64,000 nucleotides of DNA from Candidatus Levybacteria bacterium RIFCSPHIGHO2_02_FULL_40_18 (GTDB lineage Bacteria > Patescibacteriota > Microgenomatia > Levybacterales > GWA1-39-11), in NCBI GenBank assembly GCA_001782235.1, contig MFOC01000003.1, positions 47,851-111,850 of the forward strand. Direction: 5' to 3'. This document shows positions 1 to 9,084 of this stretch, piece after piece; positions within the stretch are counted from its first letter, which is position 1, and every line of letters starts with the position of its first letter. A model generated the notes under the pieces. That model had not been told where the DNA came from, searched no databases, and worked only from the letters and a program-made list of their open reading frames with translations. The translations under genes and the position numbers were made by a program.

Positions 1-1
1 C

Positions 2-685
2 TCTCAAATAAATCTGGCACTTGCAAATTCGCTGGCACAGGGCATACAACAGGGATCTTCCCCTTCCGCTGAGGTCCAAAGAAATATAACCGCCCTCCTT
101 CAGCAAAGCATAAACTCCGGTCGCAATGCCGTCATTCTTGCCCCCGTAACATCATTAAACTGGCAAAACCTTTCGCAAATCTATAGGTCTTTAATAAATG
201 TAGGTCAGAATGCCGAGCAGTTTGCAATAGCATCTATGAATCAAGCGATTGCTCTTGATCCTTATAATCCTATTCTTCGTGTTCAGCTGGGTGGAATTTT
301 CTATCAACTGGGAAAATTTGATAACGCTCAAAACCAGTTTCGGGTAGCAATAAACTTAAAGCGTGACTTTGCAAATGCATATTATAACCTGGGCCATGCT
401 CTTGAACAGATGGGCGATCTTCAAAGTGCGCTTGAAGCTTATCAGGTAGTAAAACAGCTGTCGCGGGATAACAAACAGAATCTTGAGAGGATTGAAGAAG
501 AAATAAAAACTCTGGAAGCAAAAATTGGTGAAACGGTAAAAGAGGCGGGAGAAATAAGTCCTGAAACAGAACAAACGCCGCTCTCAATCTCAACACCATC
601 GGCAAACCTGCCTCCTCAGAAGCCGCCCATTAAAATCTCTCCGCCGCCCGGAGAGCAATCTGCATCTCCTTCAGCTTCCGACTAG
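2..685 (+). CDS. TPR-repeat protein, C-terminal part (5' end lies outside the window)
   Basis: Frame is open from base 2; TPR motifs (AIALDPYNP..LGGIFYQLG, AYYNLGHALEQMGD) and a Pro/Ser-rich tail. Confidence 0.8.
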   Translation, partial: SQINLALANSLAQGIQQGSSPSAEVQRNITALLQQSINSGRNAVILAPVTSLNWQNLSQIYRSLINVGQNAEQFAIASMNQAIALDPYNPILRVQLGGIFYQLGKFDNAQNQFRVAINLKRDFANAYYNLGHALEQMGDLQSALEAYQVVKQLSRDNKQNLERIEEEIKTLEAKIGETVKEAGEISPETEQTPLSISTPSANLPPQKPPIKISPPPGEQSASPSASD

Positions 686-735
686 AATTGACTTCCAGAT
701 ATGATTTCTGTTAAGCTAGTAGCTCTTTCTTTTTT

Positions 736-1872
736 ATGAAGAAATTCATTATCTTGGCCTCCTCTTTTGTTAAAATGGTTTCTGATCTTTCCTCTTATCG
801 CTTTTTAGCAGAAGAAGCAAGAGGTTTCGCAAGATTCGTTAACATATATGGCAAAGATAAAATCTTGATCTTCTCTGAAAACTTTGAAGGAGCAAAATCA
901 GCACTTGTAAAAAGCATTCTGATTAAACGGGGCAGAAGAAATAGAATGTTTCTACATCTTTCTGCGATGACTCTTTTGACTTTGGGCGTACTTGTTTCAC
1001 CCTTTATACAAGATGTTAATCTATTTGGTAAAAACCCAAGCCTTACCTTTGCCCAAAGTGAGAATGAATCTCTTATCACAACCCCTGACGTATTTGACAC
1101 AAAGTTATCGGAAAAGCCGCGCGATACAATAATTATCTATACTGTCCAAAATGGGGATACTCTTTCGGGAGTTGCTAAAAGATTTGGAATTGATGAGGAT
1201 ACAATCAAATGGCAAAATAATTTGCAGTCTGATTATATAAACGTCGGAGATCAACTTGAGATTTTGCCTGTCTCAGGTGTTGCACACAAAGTCGCTCGAG
1301 GAGATACGGTTTATACCATCGCAAAAAGGTACACTGCAAATGCCCAAGCCATAGCTGATTTTCCCTTCAATGATTTTGCAAATCCGCAGACCTTCTCGCT
1401 TGTTGAGGGTCAAATCTTAATAGTCCCTGACGGAGTGCCGCCCAAAGAAACGCCAAGAATCGTTAGAAGACAATTCTTTGCTGCTGGTCCGGTTGAGGTT
1501 GGAGCATCAGGATTTACCTGGCCGGCACGAGGAACAATCAATCAAGGATATTCGTGGTATCACAAGGGAATTGACATAGGCGGAGATATTGGAACACCTA
1601 TTGTCGCTGGACAATCAGGGCGAGTCTCAGAGGTCTACACTAGCGGCTGGAACGGAGGGTATGGAATACACGTTATAATAGCCGGCGACAATGGATATTC
1701 AACTCTATACTCACATATGTCAGGGGTAAATGTCTCGCCGGGTGATAGAGTTGAAGCCGGGAGAAGTCTTATTGGATGGATAGGACTAACAGGTAGAACC
1801 ACGGGGCCTCATGTTCACTTTGAAATTAGAGGACCCGCAGGATTCCTAAATCCCCTTGCAATCATGCAATAG
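736..1872 (+). CDS. LysM + M23 peptidase (peptidoglycan endopeptidase)
   Basis: Two LysM domains (YTVQNGDTLSGVAKRFG, HKVARGDTVYTIAKRY); M23 motifs HKGID, YSHM, TGPHVHFE. Confidence 0.92.
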   Translation: MKKFIILASSFVKMVSDLSSYRFLAEEARGFARFVNIYGKDKILIFSENFEGAKSALVKSILIKRGRRNRMFLHLSAMTLLTLGVLVSPFIQDVNLFGKNPSLTFAQSENESLITTPDVFDTKLSEKPRDTIIIYTVQNGDTLSGVAKRFGIDEDTIKWQNNLQSDYINVGDQLEILPVSGVAHKVARGDTVYTIAKRYTANAQAIADFPFNDFANPQTFSLVEGQILIVPDGVPPKETPRIVRRQFFAAGPVEVGASGFTWPARGTINQGYSWYHKGIDIGGDIGTPIVAGQSGRVSEVYTSGWNGGYGIHVIIAGDNGYSTLYSHMSGVNVSPGDRVEAGRSLIGWIGLTGRTTGPHVHFEIRGPAGFLNPLAIMQ

Positions 1873-1877
1873 CCTCT

Positions 1878-2016
1878 AGAAATCCTAAATTCTAAGCACT
1901 AAACCCTAAACAAATTACAAATGACGATGATTCAAATCCTAAACGTTTGGGACATTGAAGTTTGGAACATTGAATATTGTTTAGAATTTAGATATTAGAT
2001 ATTAGATATTAGAATT
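1878..2016. repeat. Degenerate heptamer-repeat inverted element (empty)
   Basis: ctaaatt/ctaagca/ctaaacc arm facing ttagaat/ttagata/ttagata arm. Confidence 0.7.
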
Positions 2017-2023
2017 TGAAGAC

Positions 2024-3376
2024 TTATTCTCCTTTACCTAGTAAGGCAAGGAATGCTTTGTTGTCTTCTGTTTTTGAGAGACGCTCAATTAGGACTTCTG
2101 TTCTCTCGTCCGGCCCTAAAACATCTATCATCCGGCGAAGCGTTGTAACTTTTTGCAATGTTTCGCTGGGGAGAATCAGCTCTTCTGCCCGAGTTCCCGA
2201 TCGCTCAACATTAATGGCCGGGAAAATTCGTCTTTCGGCAAGTTTGCGGTCCAAATGAACCTCCATGTTGCCTGTCCCTTTAAATTCTTCAAAAATGAGG
2301 TCGTCCATTCTCGAGCCGGTATCGACAAGTGCCGTACCTATAATAGTAAGCGAGCCTCCTTCTTCACAGTTTCTGGCCGCGCCAAAGAAGCGTTTGGCAG
2401 GGTAAAGCGCTGCCGGATCAAAGCCTCCGGTCAAAGTCCGGCCTGACGGATCAATTGACAAATTATAGGCGCGCGCCAAGCGCGTGATTGAGTCAAGAAG
2501 AATAATAACATCGCGGCCCTGTTCAACCAATCGTTTTGCTCGATCCATGGCTATTTCTGCCACACGGGTTTGGGTCTCGGGGGATTCATCAAAGTTTGAA
2601 GCCGCAACCTCCCCTTTAACGCTTCTTGAAATATCGGTCACCTCTTCCGGTCTCTCGCCTATTAAAACTGCCATCAAATGGACGTCAGGATAGTTCTCAG
2701 ATATTCCTGCCGCAATTTCTTTAAGAATTGTTGTTTTTCCGGCTTTAGGCGGTGAAACAACCATTCCTCGCTGGCCAAAGCCAATTGGGGAAACGATATC
2801 AATTATTCGAGTTGATAAGGGAATCTTCCCGGTGGAAAGCTGGACCTGCTTTTTAGGATAAATAGGTGTCACGTCATCAAAGTGAAGCCGCTTCAAAGAA
2901 GCTTCAGGATCTATCCCGTTAACATGCTCTATCTTAAGCAAGCCAAAGTAGCGCTCATTATCTTTTGGAGGACGCCCTACCCCCTCAACCAAATCTCCCG
3001 GTCGGAGCCAAAATCTCCTAATTTGAGAGGCTGAGATATAAATATCGCGCTCCGAAGCCCTGAATTTTGGCCGCAAAAAACCATGCCCTTCATGCTGAAT
3101 GTCAAGGATGCCTGAGACTGGAACCGTACCCTCTTCTTGAGGGGTGAATTCCCGATCTCTTGAGTATCTCCCTCTTGGTTGGTATGAACTTTCTGATTCC
3201 TCAGCTTGCCCCTCGGATCCTTGGCTAAGAGCGGTGTCCTCAGTAGGCTTCTCTGCGATCTCAGTAGTTACAGGCTCCGGCGAACTAACCATAGGTTCCG
3301 GGGAGGGAATTTCACTGACAAGTGTTTCTTCTGGTTTTAAGACTTTAGGTTTACGAACAACTTTCTTTGTAGGCAT
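2024..3376 (-). CDS. rho: Transcription termination factor Rho
   Basis: [25 protein letters not shown] Walker [25 protein letters not shown]. Confidence 0.97.
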   Translation of the reverse strand: MPTKKVVRKPKVLKPEETLVSEIPSPEPMVSSPEPVTTEIAEKPTEDTALSQGSEGQAEESESSYQPRGRYSRDREFTPQEEGTVPVSGILDIQHEGHGFLRPKFRASERDIYISASQIRRFWLRPGDLVEGVGRPPKDNERYFGLLKIEHVNGIDPEASLKRLHFDDVTPIYPKKQVQLSTGKIPLSTRIIDIVSPIGFGQRGMVVSPPKAGKTTILKEIAAGISENYPDVHLMAVLIGERPEEVTDISRSVKGEVAASNFDESPETQTRVAEIAMDRAKRLVEQGRDVIILLDSITRLARAYNLSIDPSGRTLTGGFDPAALYPAKRFFGAARNCEEGGSLTIIGTALVDTGSRMDDLIFEEFKGTGNMEVHLDRKLAERRIFPAINVERSGTRAEELILPSETLQKVTTLRRMIDVLGPDERTEVLIERLSKTEDNKAFLALLGKGE

Positions 3377-3558
3377 AAGTTAGACTTAAGATATTAAGAT
3401 GTAAGATTTAAGATGTAAAACTCAATAGATTCGATAGAATAGAACTAAAAAACTGCGTTTCTTGGAATTGCTTCGGAGGAAAACCTTTTGAAGCAAGTGT
3501 ATTTAATCATGTTTTCAAATCGTTGTCAAGGGCTGGCTTCGCGGGCCCGCATACCCTC

Positions 3559-4032
3559 TCAAAAGATTACAAAGAGTATCAAATAGAGCCATATCAAGGC
3601 TAGAATTTGGGTTATTATGCCCCAAGGCTTGTCAAGCTTGACATTGAGCCTGTGTTGGATTTCATACATGAAAGAAGACCCGGGGAAATCCTTCCCGAAC
3701 ATCCATGAGGGAGCGGTAAGCCAGTCGGGAGCCTGAGCCGCAATAATACACAAGAAAACGAAAGGATAGTTCGCAAGAGCCATAGGCGGCCCTTTCTGCA
3801 AGATTAGACTATATAATATGTAAGACAGGATAAAACCCACCAAAACATCTATTATTGCTTCCCGCCTCAGCCTTTCCTTTGTCTTTTTTCTCCAATGGGT
3901 TCCAGAATCCCAGTGAGGAACAACGTCCGCGACAAAATGTGAGACAAAGGAAGCACCTACGGCCAGAAGAGGATTTCCTGAAAACTTGGCTGCCATCATT
4001 GTACCTATCAAGGCATGAGAAGTAGCCGTCAT
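3559..4032 (-). CDS. Membrane protein, metal-dependent hydrolase-like
   Basis: Hydrophobic helices with SH...SHFVADVVPHWD and APD motifs. Confidence 0.6.
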   Translation of the reverse strand: MTATSHALIGTMMAAKFSGNPLLAVGASFVSHFVADVVPHWDSGTHWRKKTKERLRREAIIDVLVGFILSYILYSLILQKGPPMALANYPFVFLCIIAAQAPDWLTAPSWMFGKDFPGSSFMYEIQHRLNVKLDKPWGIITQILALIWLYLILFVIF

Positions 4033-4100
4033 ACGTATATGATACCATCAGGACTCAAAAATAGCTAAATCCGGCTTCTGACAGTTTGTTTACTATGGGC

Positions 4101-4129
4101 TTGACAAACAAAGAAGGTTATGTTAGAAT
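4101..4129 (+). promoter_or_regulatory. Sigma70-type promoter
   Basis: TTGACA-N17-TAGAAT with TG extension, upstream of the ATG at 4148. Confidence 0.7.
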
Positions 4130-4147
4130 CCCAAAATCTATTTAAAC

Positions 4148-4837
4148 ATGAGAAAAATTACATCTTTATTTCTATCTTTTATGGCTGTCGCAATTGCGGC
4201 AACCGCAGTTTTTGCTGCCGGTGAATCCAATTGTCAAATAGTTTACGGTGGTGGAGAAGTTTGTCCCCCAAAACAAGTTAAATTCACTATTAATAAGACA
4301 GTTCAAAAGCCCGGAAAAGGTGGCGGAGATTTTGTCGAAAATCTCACTATTAATGATCCGAGATTTGCTCCCGATCAAAATGTAAACTTCAAGATCATAA
4401 TAGAAAACACTGGTGATACTGACGTTTCAAACCTCAATGTAGTTGATTCATTCCCGGAATTCTTATCTTTTGTTGCAGGCGTAGGAAACTCAAACGTTGG
4501 CGCAAAACAAATTAATTTCATTATCGGAACTCTTAAAAAGGGTGAGAAAATGGAATTTGTTATTACTGCAAAAACCGCAGAGGGAGACAAATTGCCTGCA
4601 AACCAAGCTATAACCTGCGTGACAAATAACGTGAAGGCAATGGCCCCTGATGGAGTTACAGCGCAGGACAATGCTCAAGTCTGTATCGAAAAACAAGTGC
4701 TTGGAGCGGAGACTCCTAAAATCTTTGAAAAACCAAAAATAAAAGAACTTCCCCCAACAGGTCCTGAGTTAGGGCTTTTGGCCGCCCTAATTCCAACCGG
4801 ACTTGCTGGAATTTATCTAAGAAGAAAAGCAAAATAA
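4148..4837 (+). CDS. Secreted DUF11-like Ig-fold protein with LPxTG-type anchor
   Basis: Signal peptide; F.I.IENTG...N.VDSFP motif; C-terminal LPPTG + hydrophobic stretch + RRKAK. Confidence 0.75.
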   Translation: MRKITSLFLSFMAVAIAATAVFAAGESNCQIVYGGGEVCPPKQVKFTINKTVQKPGKGGGDFVENLTINDPRFAPDQNVNFKIIIENTGDTDVSNLNVVDSFPEFLSFVAGVGNSNVGAKQINFIIGTLKKGEKMEFVITAKTAEGDKLPANQAITCVTNNVKAMAPDGVTAQDNAQVCIEKQVLGAETPKIFEKPKIKELPPTGPELGLLAALIPTGLAGIYLRRKAK

Positions 4838-5092
4838 TCCGCCAGCCGGCGGACTGCAATTAAGGCAGGAGAAAGCAGTTTCAGACTATTAATTGGCACG
4901 CCCCCAAACAACCTCTAACCCCGTCGAAACAATCCTGAAACTACTCTCCCCGGTCTTAAACCCGCGAATCCCTGAGTTTTGCGAAAGGCAAGCGCGGGAC
5001 CTTTAAAATCGGCATTCTAATTTAAGCTAGCAATTAGAACATGGCTTTAAAAAGCTAAAAGCCAAACGCTGAGAGCTAAAAGCTAAATTAGT

Positions 5093-5105
5093 TGTTCTTT
5101 GACAA
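5093..5105 (+). promoter_or_regulatory. boxA-like antitermination motif
   Basis: TGTTCTTTGACAA resembles the rrn boxA consensus (E. coli TGCTCTTTAACA); it sits at the head of the GC-rich island. Confidence 0.5.
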
Positions 5106-5118
5106 AAGGTATACAGAA

Positions 5119-5166
5119 GGATGCACCTGAAGATGAACCGAATGGTTCGTCTCAAATGGTGCGTCC
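5119..5166 (+). other. Nested RNA hairpin in the island leader
   Basis: ggatgcacc...ggtgcgtcc outer stem and agatgaacc-gaat-ggttcgtct inner stem. Confidence 0.6.
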
Positions 5167-5356
5167 CTAATAGGCAACTATCTATTCACGTAGCTAGCTT
5201 TTTAAATTATAGCGAAGATTAGATAGTCTATTTTTTAAAATTAAATCTCCTTACATTCTAGATGTCGGATTCAGCGTACCATGAGTTGAAACTGCGCATG
5301 GTGCGCGGTGTCCGGCATTTAGAGAAACAAAAAGAAAGAAGGAGAAAAGGAGACAA

Positions 5357-5548
5357 ATGAATAATCCCATGAAGGGTTTCCCAAACGAGCTTGAAAGGTT
5401 ATGGGCGAAAAAAGCAATTGAAATCCTGCGAACAGCCGCGCTGTACTTGGTTGTCGCATTGGTTGCAATTGTGATTTTCATCCCAACACTGCTCTATTCC
5501 ATAAAGGAGGTTCTCACCGACCGCAAAAAGCGTAAGAAACGCACCTAG
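5357..5548 (+). CDS. Small membrane protein with basic tail
   Basis: AGGAG SD site; one TM helix; RKKRKKR end. Confidence 0.55.
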   Translation: MNNPMKGFPNELERLWAKKAIEILRTAALYLVVALVAIVIFIPTLLYSIKEVLTDRKKRKKRT

Positions 5549-5585
5549 ACTTCGGCAAAAACCGAAGAGAAAGACGGAGGAAATC

Positions 5586-5867
5586 GTGACAATACAGGAA
5601 GATTTGGAGAAGGCAATCGAGAGCGCTAAAAATGCACTTGATGCCTGCAAGGTACAGGGAAAGGAGGGAACCGCTTCTTCTCTCGCCGTGATCATAAGCG
5701 AACTTGAGAAAGTCCGCGACCACGTGACAGAGACAGAGCATTATTTCTCCCTACCCCACGAGAACCCGATATGCTCAAGGCATGGAGAGGTAGACCTTAA
5801 CCATCGCTGCAACGTGTTTGTCGGCATGGTTTTTGACTACCTAAGCTACCGCGAGCGGTTCGGATAG
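5586..5867 (+). CDS. Hypothetical protein
   Basis: GGAGG SD before GTG; helical N-terminus and CxxH...HxC motif. Confidence 0.55.
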   Translation: MTIQEDLEKAIESAKNALDACKVQGKEGTASSLAVIISELEKVRDHVTETEHYFSLPHENPICSRHGEVDLNHRCNVFVGMVFDYLSYRERFG

Positions 5868-6061
5868 CCTTTCGGCAAAAACCCAAACGACATCGCAATA
5901 ACTAGCCTTCCCGTAAGGGATTGTAAGTCCGCCGACGCTCTTTGAGCTTTGGCGAGACAAAGGGGGTGGTTATCAAGCCATAAAGCCATCGGCAAGCGAG
6001 GCAGAAATGCCTTGGACCTCAAGCGAACGCGCGTGAGGAAAACCCCGTGGAAAGGAAAGGA

Positions 6062-6484
6062 ATGAATCGTTTCAGAAACATCATGGGAGTCGTACTGCTG
6101 CTTTTGGCACTTGCCGCGTTCACGTCTTTCAACAGCGCTGACGTGTCGGCAGGCGGCGGATATCACCATCCAAAGCCATCACCGACGGCAACCAAAACGC
6201 CTAAGGCGACTAAGACACCAACGCAGACATTCACACCGACGGCAACGAATACGCCGGCACCGACGAACACACCGACGCCTACGGCGACGGCTACTCGAAC
6301 ACCGACTGCCACTGCCACAAGGCCACCGCGGGCGAAAGCGACTTCAACGTCGACACCACTTCCCCCGACGGCGACAACTGTGGTGCCGCCTGCTGTCACA
6401 CCAACCCCGCAGGGGCCGCCTGCTCTATTCGGGGGGCCGCCTCCAACAGGGGACGCAGGTCTGGCAGCAACAAGAGGCGACTAA
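6062..6484 (+). CDS. Secreted Thr/Pro-rich protein
   Basis: Signal peptide, TPT/ATNT repeats, C-terminal PPPTG with no following TM helix. Confidence 0.65.
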   Translation: MNRFRNIMGVVLLLLALAAFTSFNSADVSAGGGYHHPKPSPTATKTPKATKTPTQTFTPTATNTPAPTNTPTPTATATRTPTATATRPPRAKATSTSTPLPPTATTVVPPAVTPTPQGPPALFGGPPPTGDAGLAATRGD

Positions 6485-6500
6485 CAAGGAGGAAGCTAAC

Positions 6501-6620
6501 ATGCTTCGAAGGTTGTTCCGCAAGACAAGCGAGCTCGGCCAAACGTTGGTGGAGTACGCCCTCATCATAGCACTGCTCGTGATCGCGGTATTAGCCTTCT
6601 ACCTCACGGACAGGGAATGA
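6501..6620 (+). CDS. Flp/Fap-type (type IVb/Tad) prepilin-like peptide, 39 aa
   Basis: AAGGAGG SD; MLRRLFRKTSELG|QTLVEYALIIALLVIAV has the Flp cleavage Gly plus the E5/Y6 motif. Confidence 0.7.
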   Translation: MLRRLFRKTSELGQTLVEYALIIALLVIAVLAFYLTDRE

Positions 6621-6714
6621 ACCGTCCCGGGGGGCCATCGACTACTGGAAACTGGCACGGATGCCTTCTACCCTTCAGGATACGCCTGAGGTGCAAACCC
6701 GCAAGGAGGCGGAA

Positions 6715-6849
6715 TTGTCCCACAAACCAAAGCGGCAGCGACCCAAGCGTTCAAAAGACGTAAGGCTTCGTCGCCGTCTGGTGAAAATCAACGGTAACAA
6801 CGGTTCCGAAAAGCGGCGAACCAAGAAAGGCGGCAGACAAGGCGGATAA
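6715..6849 (+). CDS. Lys/Arg-rich peptide, 44 aa
   Basis: AAGGAGG SD before TTG; SHKPKRQRPKRSKDVRLRRRL... Confidence 0.45.
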   Translation: MSHKPKRQRPKRSKDVRLRRRLVKINGNNGSEKRRTKKGGRQGG

Positions 6850-7175
6850 GCACCGTAAGATAAACAAACCCTGCCGACATCATGAAACCGAGCGACGAAG
6901 ATTTTCTTTTGACTCTTCCACGAAGAGCAGTAAAGGAGGTACTAAAACTACTCAAAACGCGGCAAGAGCAACGGCGCCAACCTCATACGAACGGTAAGAC
7001 AGCGAAGGAGAAGGAATGGCCTAAAAGACACATTAGTTCCCGATAGCACTGGAAACCCCCGCCATGGAAAAAACCACGAAAACACTGTCTGAATGGTGGA
7101 TGGAAGCCGGTAGATACCGGAGGCTCTTCATCTTCAGGCAGAATATCCACTCCAATAAGCAAGAAGGAGGCAACG

Positions 7176-7400
7176 GTGCAAGGAAAAGGCCGAAACCACG
7201 GAAGAAGCAAGATCTCGATCAAAAGAGGTCTGGCTAAGACTCGCTACCCTCAGCGCTCTGGAAAACACCAAGCTGAGGCACGAGCCTTACGTGAAGGTCA
7301 CCCAAGCACCCCCTCGGGGAGGACGAATGGCAAAAAGACCGTTCAACGCAACGGGCGGCAAGCGCAAAGCCCGAAAGCCCCCGCCCCCGTGGCACCGTAA
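7176..7400 (+). CDS. Basic peptide
   Basis: AAGGAGG SD before GTG; K/R-rich. Confidence 0.4.
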   Translation: MQGKGRNHGRSKISIKRGLAKTRYPQRSGKHQAEARALREGHPSTPSGRTNGKKTVQRNGRQAQSPKAPAPVAP

Positions 7401-7476
7401 GTCCAAGAGACATCGGAAACGCCACGCGCGCGATCATGGGAACTTCGGGAACGTTCCGAGGAGAAGCCAGCTGTGA
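7327..7476 (+). CDS. Lys/Arg/His-rich peptide, 49 aa
   Basis: GGAGG SD; MAKRPFNATGGKRKARKPPPPWHRKSKRHRKRH... Confidence 0.45.
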   Translation: MAKRPFNATGGKRKARKPPPPWHRKSKRHRKRHARDHGNFGNVPRRSQL

Positions 7477-7519
7477 TAACCATCGATACATAGTTTCATA
7501 GCGCACGGTAAGTGAATCC

Positions 7520-8590
7520 GTGGCAAAAAACGGCAAGTCAAAATCTTCAGAAAGGAAACGCAAAATGCCTGAAGAAACCGGAAATAGGAGTGGCACGCGA
7601 AGGCGAGCTGCTCGAACCACTCAGGCCCCGGCGCCGGCAGCGCCACCAGCCAACGGAGGGCAACCTCCAGCGGCACAGCCTCAAGAGGGAGGAAACATGC
7701 AACGCAGTCTGTTGTGGATACTTGTCATCCTCGCTGCAGTAGCGCTGGCGCTTGCTGCTTTCGCGGTAGGCCTGACCTTGGGTGACAAGGACGACTCGGA
7801 CGGCAGCTCGGCTACAGCCAGCAGTTCGTCAAGCTTAAGCTCCGCACCCGGCACCACCGGCGGCGGCGCCAGCAGCAACAACTCCGCTGACAACGGTCAG
7901 TCAGGCAAGAACGAATCGGAGTCCACGTCAACGGGAAGCTTTCCGACTCTCCCGAGCGATAAGTCCCACGGCGCGTGGAAGATCAAGACCGTAGCCGGCC
8001 TTGAAACATCCGGTGACCGTGTAGTCGCCGAATGGCTTGCGCGTCTGAAGGACCCGGCACCGAGGCTCTGGAAAACGTATCCCAACGTCCCCAACCCGGA
8101 TGTCGCGGACTTCAATGTAGCAGCAGGTGCCGAGTACGGTGTCGCCAACGTCCCGTTCTGTCAGCAGGACACGCGGTGCGACTTCGTGGTACCCGCATGG
8201 CACTACCGCCTGATTACCGCGGACTATGAGTTCCTCGGTCACAAGTGCGGAGGTAAGGGCAACGGATGCCTGCTCCTGCTCATCAACGTGATGGACAAGT
8301 CCTACACGTGGCGCAACCAGATCGCCGACAACGGCTTTTCGGTTCCGGGCAGGTACTGGGACGGTGACAAGCTCGAGTGGGCAGTTTGGGGCCTGGTCAG
8401 CCATGCGAGCGCTAACATGCTCAACTTGCCGACTACTGGCCTCGTGGGTCAGGTACTTAACGCTGGCACGCCCGGCAATGCAGGCGCTAACTGCGGCAAC
8501 GTCAACGGCTGCGGAAGCGTCGAGGTCATGGTCGTGGTGCACGCCGGCGATCGGATCCTGGCCACTGCCGAAACCACCGTTTCGCGGTAA
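7520..8590 (+). CDS. Membrane-anchored or secreted hypothetical protein (alternative start 7697)
   Basis: GGAGG SD before the ATG at 7697; TM helix, Ser/Gly linker, Cys/Trp-containing globular domain. Confidence 0.7.
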   Translation: MAKNGKSKSSERKRKMPEETGNRSGTRRRAARTTQAPAPAAPPANGGQPPAAQPQEGGNMQRSLLWILVILAAVALALAAFAVGLTLGDKDDSDGSSATASSSSSLSSAPGTTGGGASSNNSADNGQSGKNESESTSTGSFPTLPSDKSHGAWKIKTVAGLETSGDRVVAEWLARLKDPAPRLWKTYPNVPNPDVADFNVAAGAEYGVANVPFCQQDTRCDFVVPAWHYRLITADYEFLGHKCGGKGNGCLLLLINVMDKSYTWRNQIADNGFSVPGRYWDGDKLEWAVWGLVSHASANMLNLPTTGLVGQVLNAGTPGNAGANCGNVNGCGSVEVMVVVHAGDRILATAETTVSR

Positions 8591-8595
8591 ACGTC

Positions 8596-8775
8596 GTGAA
8601 CCTCGCCAAGCTACTCTCGATCATTCGAGGAGACCTGATCGAGGAGTGGATCGAAAGGCAGCAGCAGAAACTTGCGGCTCGAGGTCTTGACTGGCTTCCG
8701 AAGGCTGCCTTGGTGATAGTCACCCTGGCAATACTCGTGGCCATAGTCGCCTACGGCGCAAGTCTGCGGCCTTAG
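8596..8775 (+). CDS. Small membrane protein, 59 aa (not in the ORF track)
   Basis: Open frame GTG..TAG, VNLAKLL...ALVIVTLAILVAIVAYG. Confidence 0.4.
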   Translation: MNLAKLLSIIRGDLIEEWIERQQQKLAARGLDWLPKAALVIVTLAILVAIVAYGASLRP

Positions 8776-8962
8776 GTCTCTCAAGCCTATTAGCCTGGGT
8801 CTGTCGTGATCGACGTCTAAAGCACGCATAATGCTTGTGTGAAATAAGATGATCGTAAACGATTAAGACTCGGAGGGAGTAAAGTTGCACGTGAATGTGA
8901 AAGTTCGTCATTCGACGATTCTGTTCGCTTCGCGCGAACAACTTTCACTCCACCTGTATACC

Positions 8963-9009
8963 TTTACTCTAAAGCTTATAAGGCAATTCCTTATCGGCTT
9001 TAGAGTAAA
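8963..9009. terminator. Long inverted repeat closing the island
   Basis: tttactctaaagc...gctttagagtaaa with inner ataagg/ccttat. Confidence 0.6.
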
Positions 9010-9084
9010 TAGCTAAATAGCTGAACGGCTACATGGTTTTAAAAACTATGCAACCATTTTAACTATTCTAACCATTTAACTTTT

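Noticed and set aside
5093-5400. rRNA or tRNA operon downstream of boxA
   Set aside because: No 16S/23S/5S signature or tRNA cloverleaf was recognised here or elsewhere in the window.
6111-6500. 169-aa Arg-rich ORF, and other overlapping or antisense ORFs in the track
   Set aside because: It is an alternate-frame read of the Thr/Pro-rich gene and only its last 39 codons look real. Most short overlapping ORFs are shadows of real genes.
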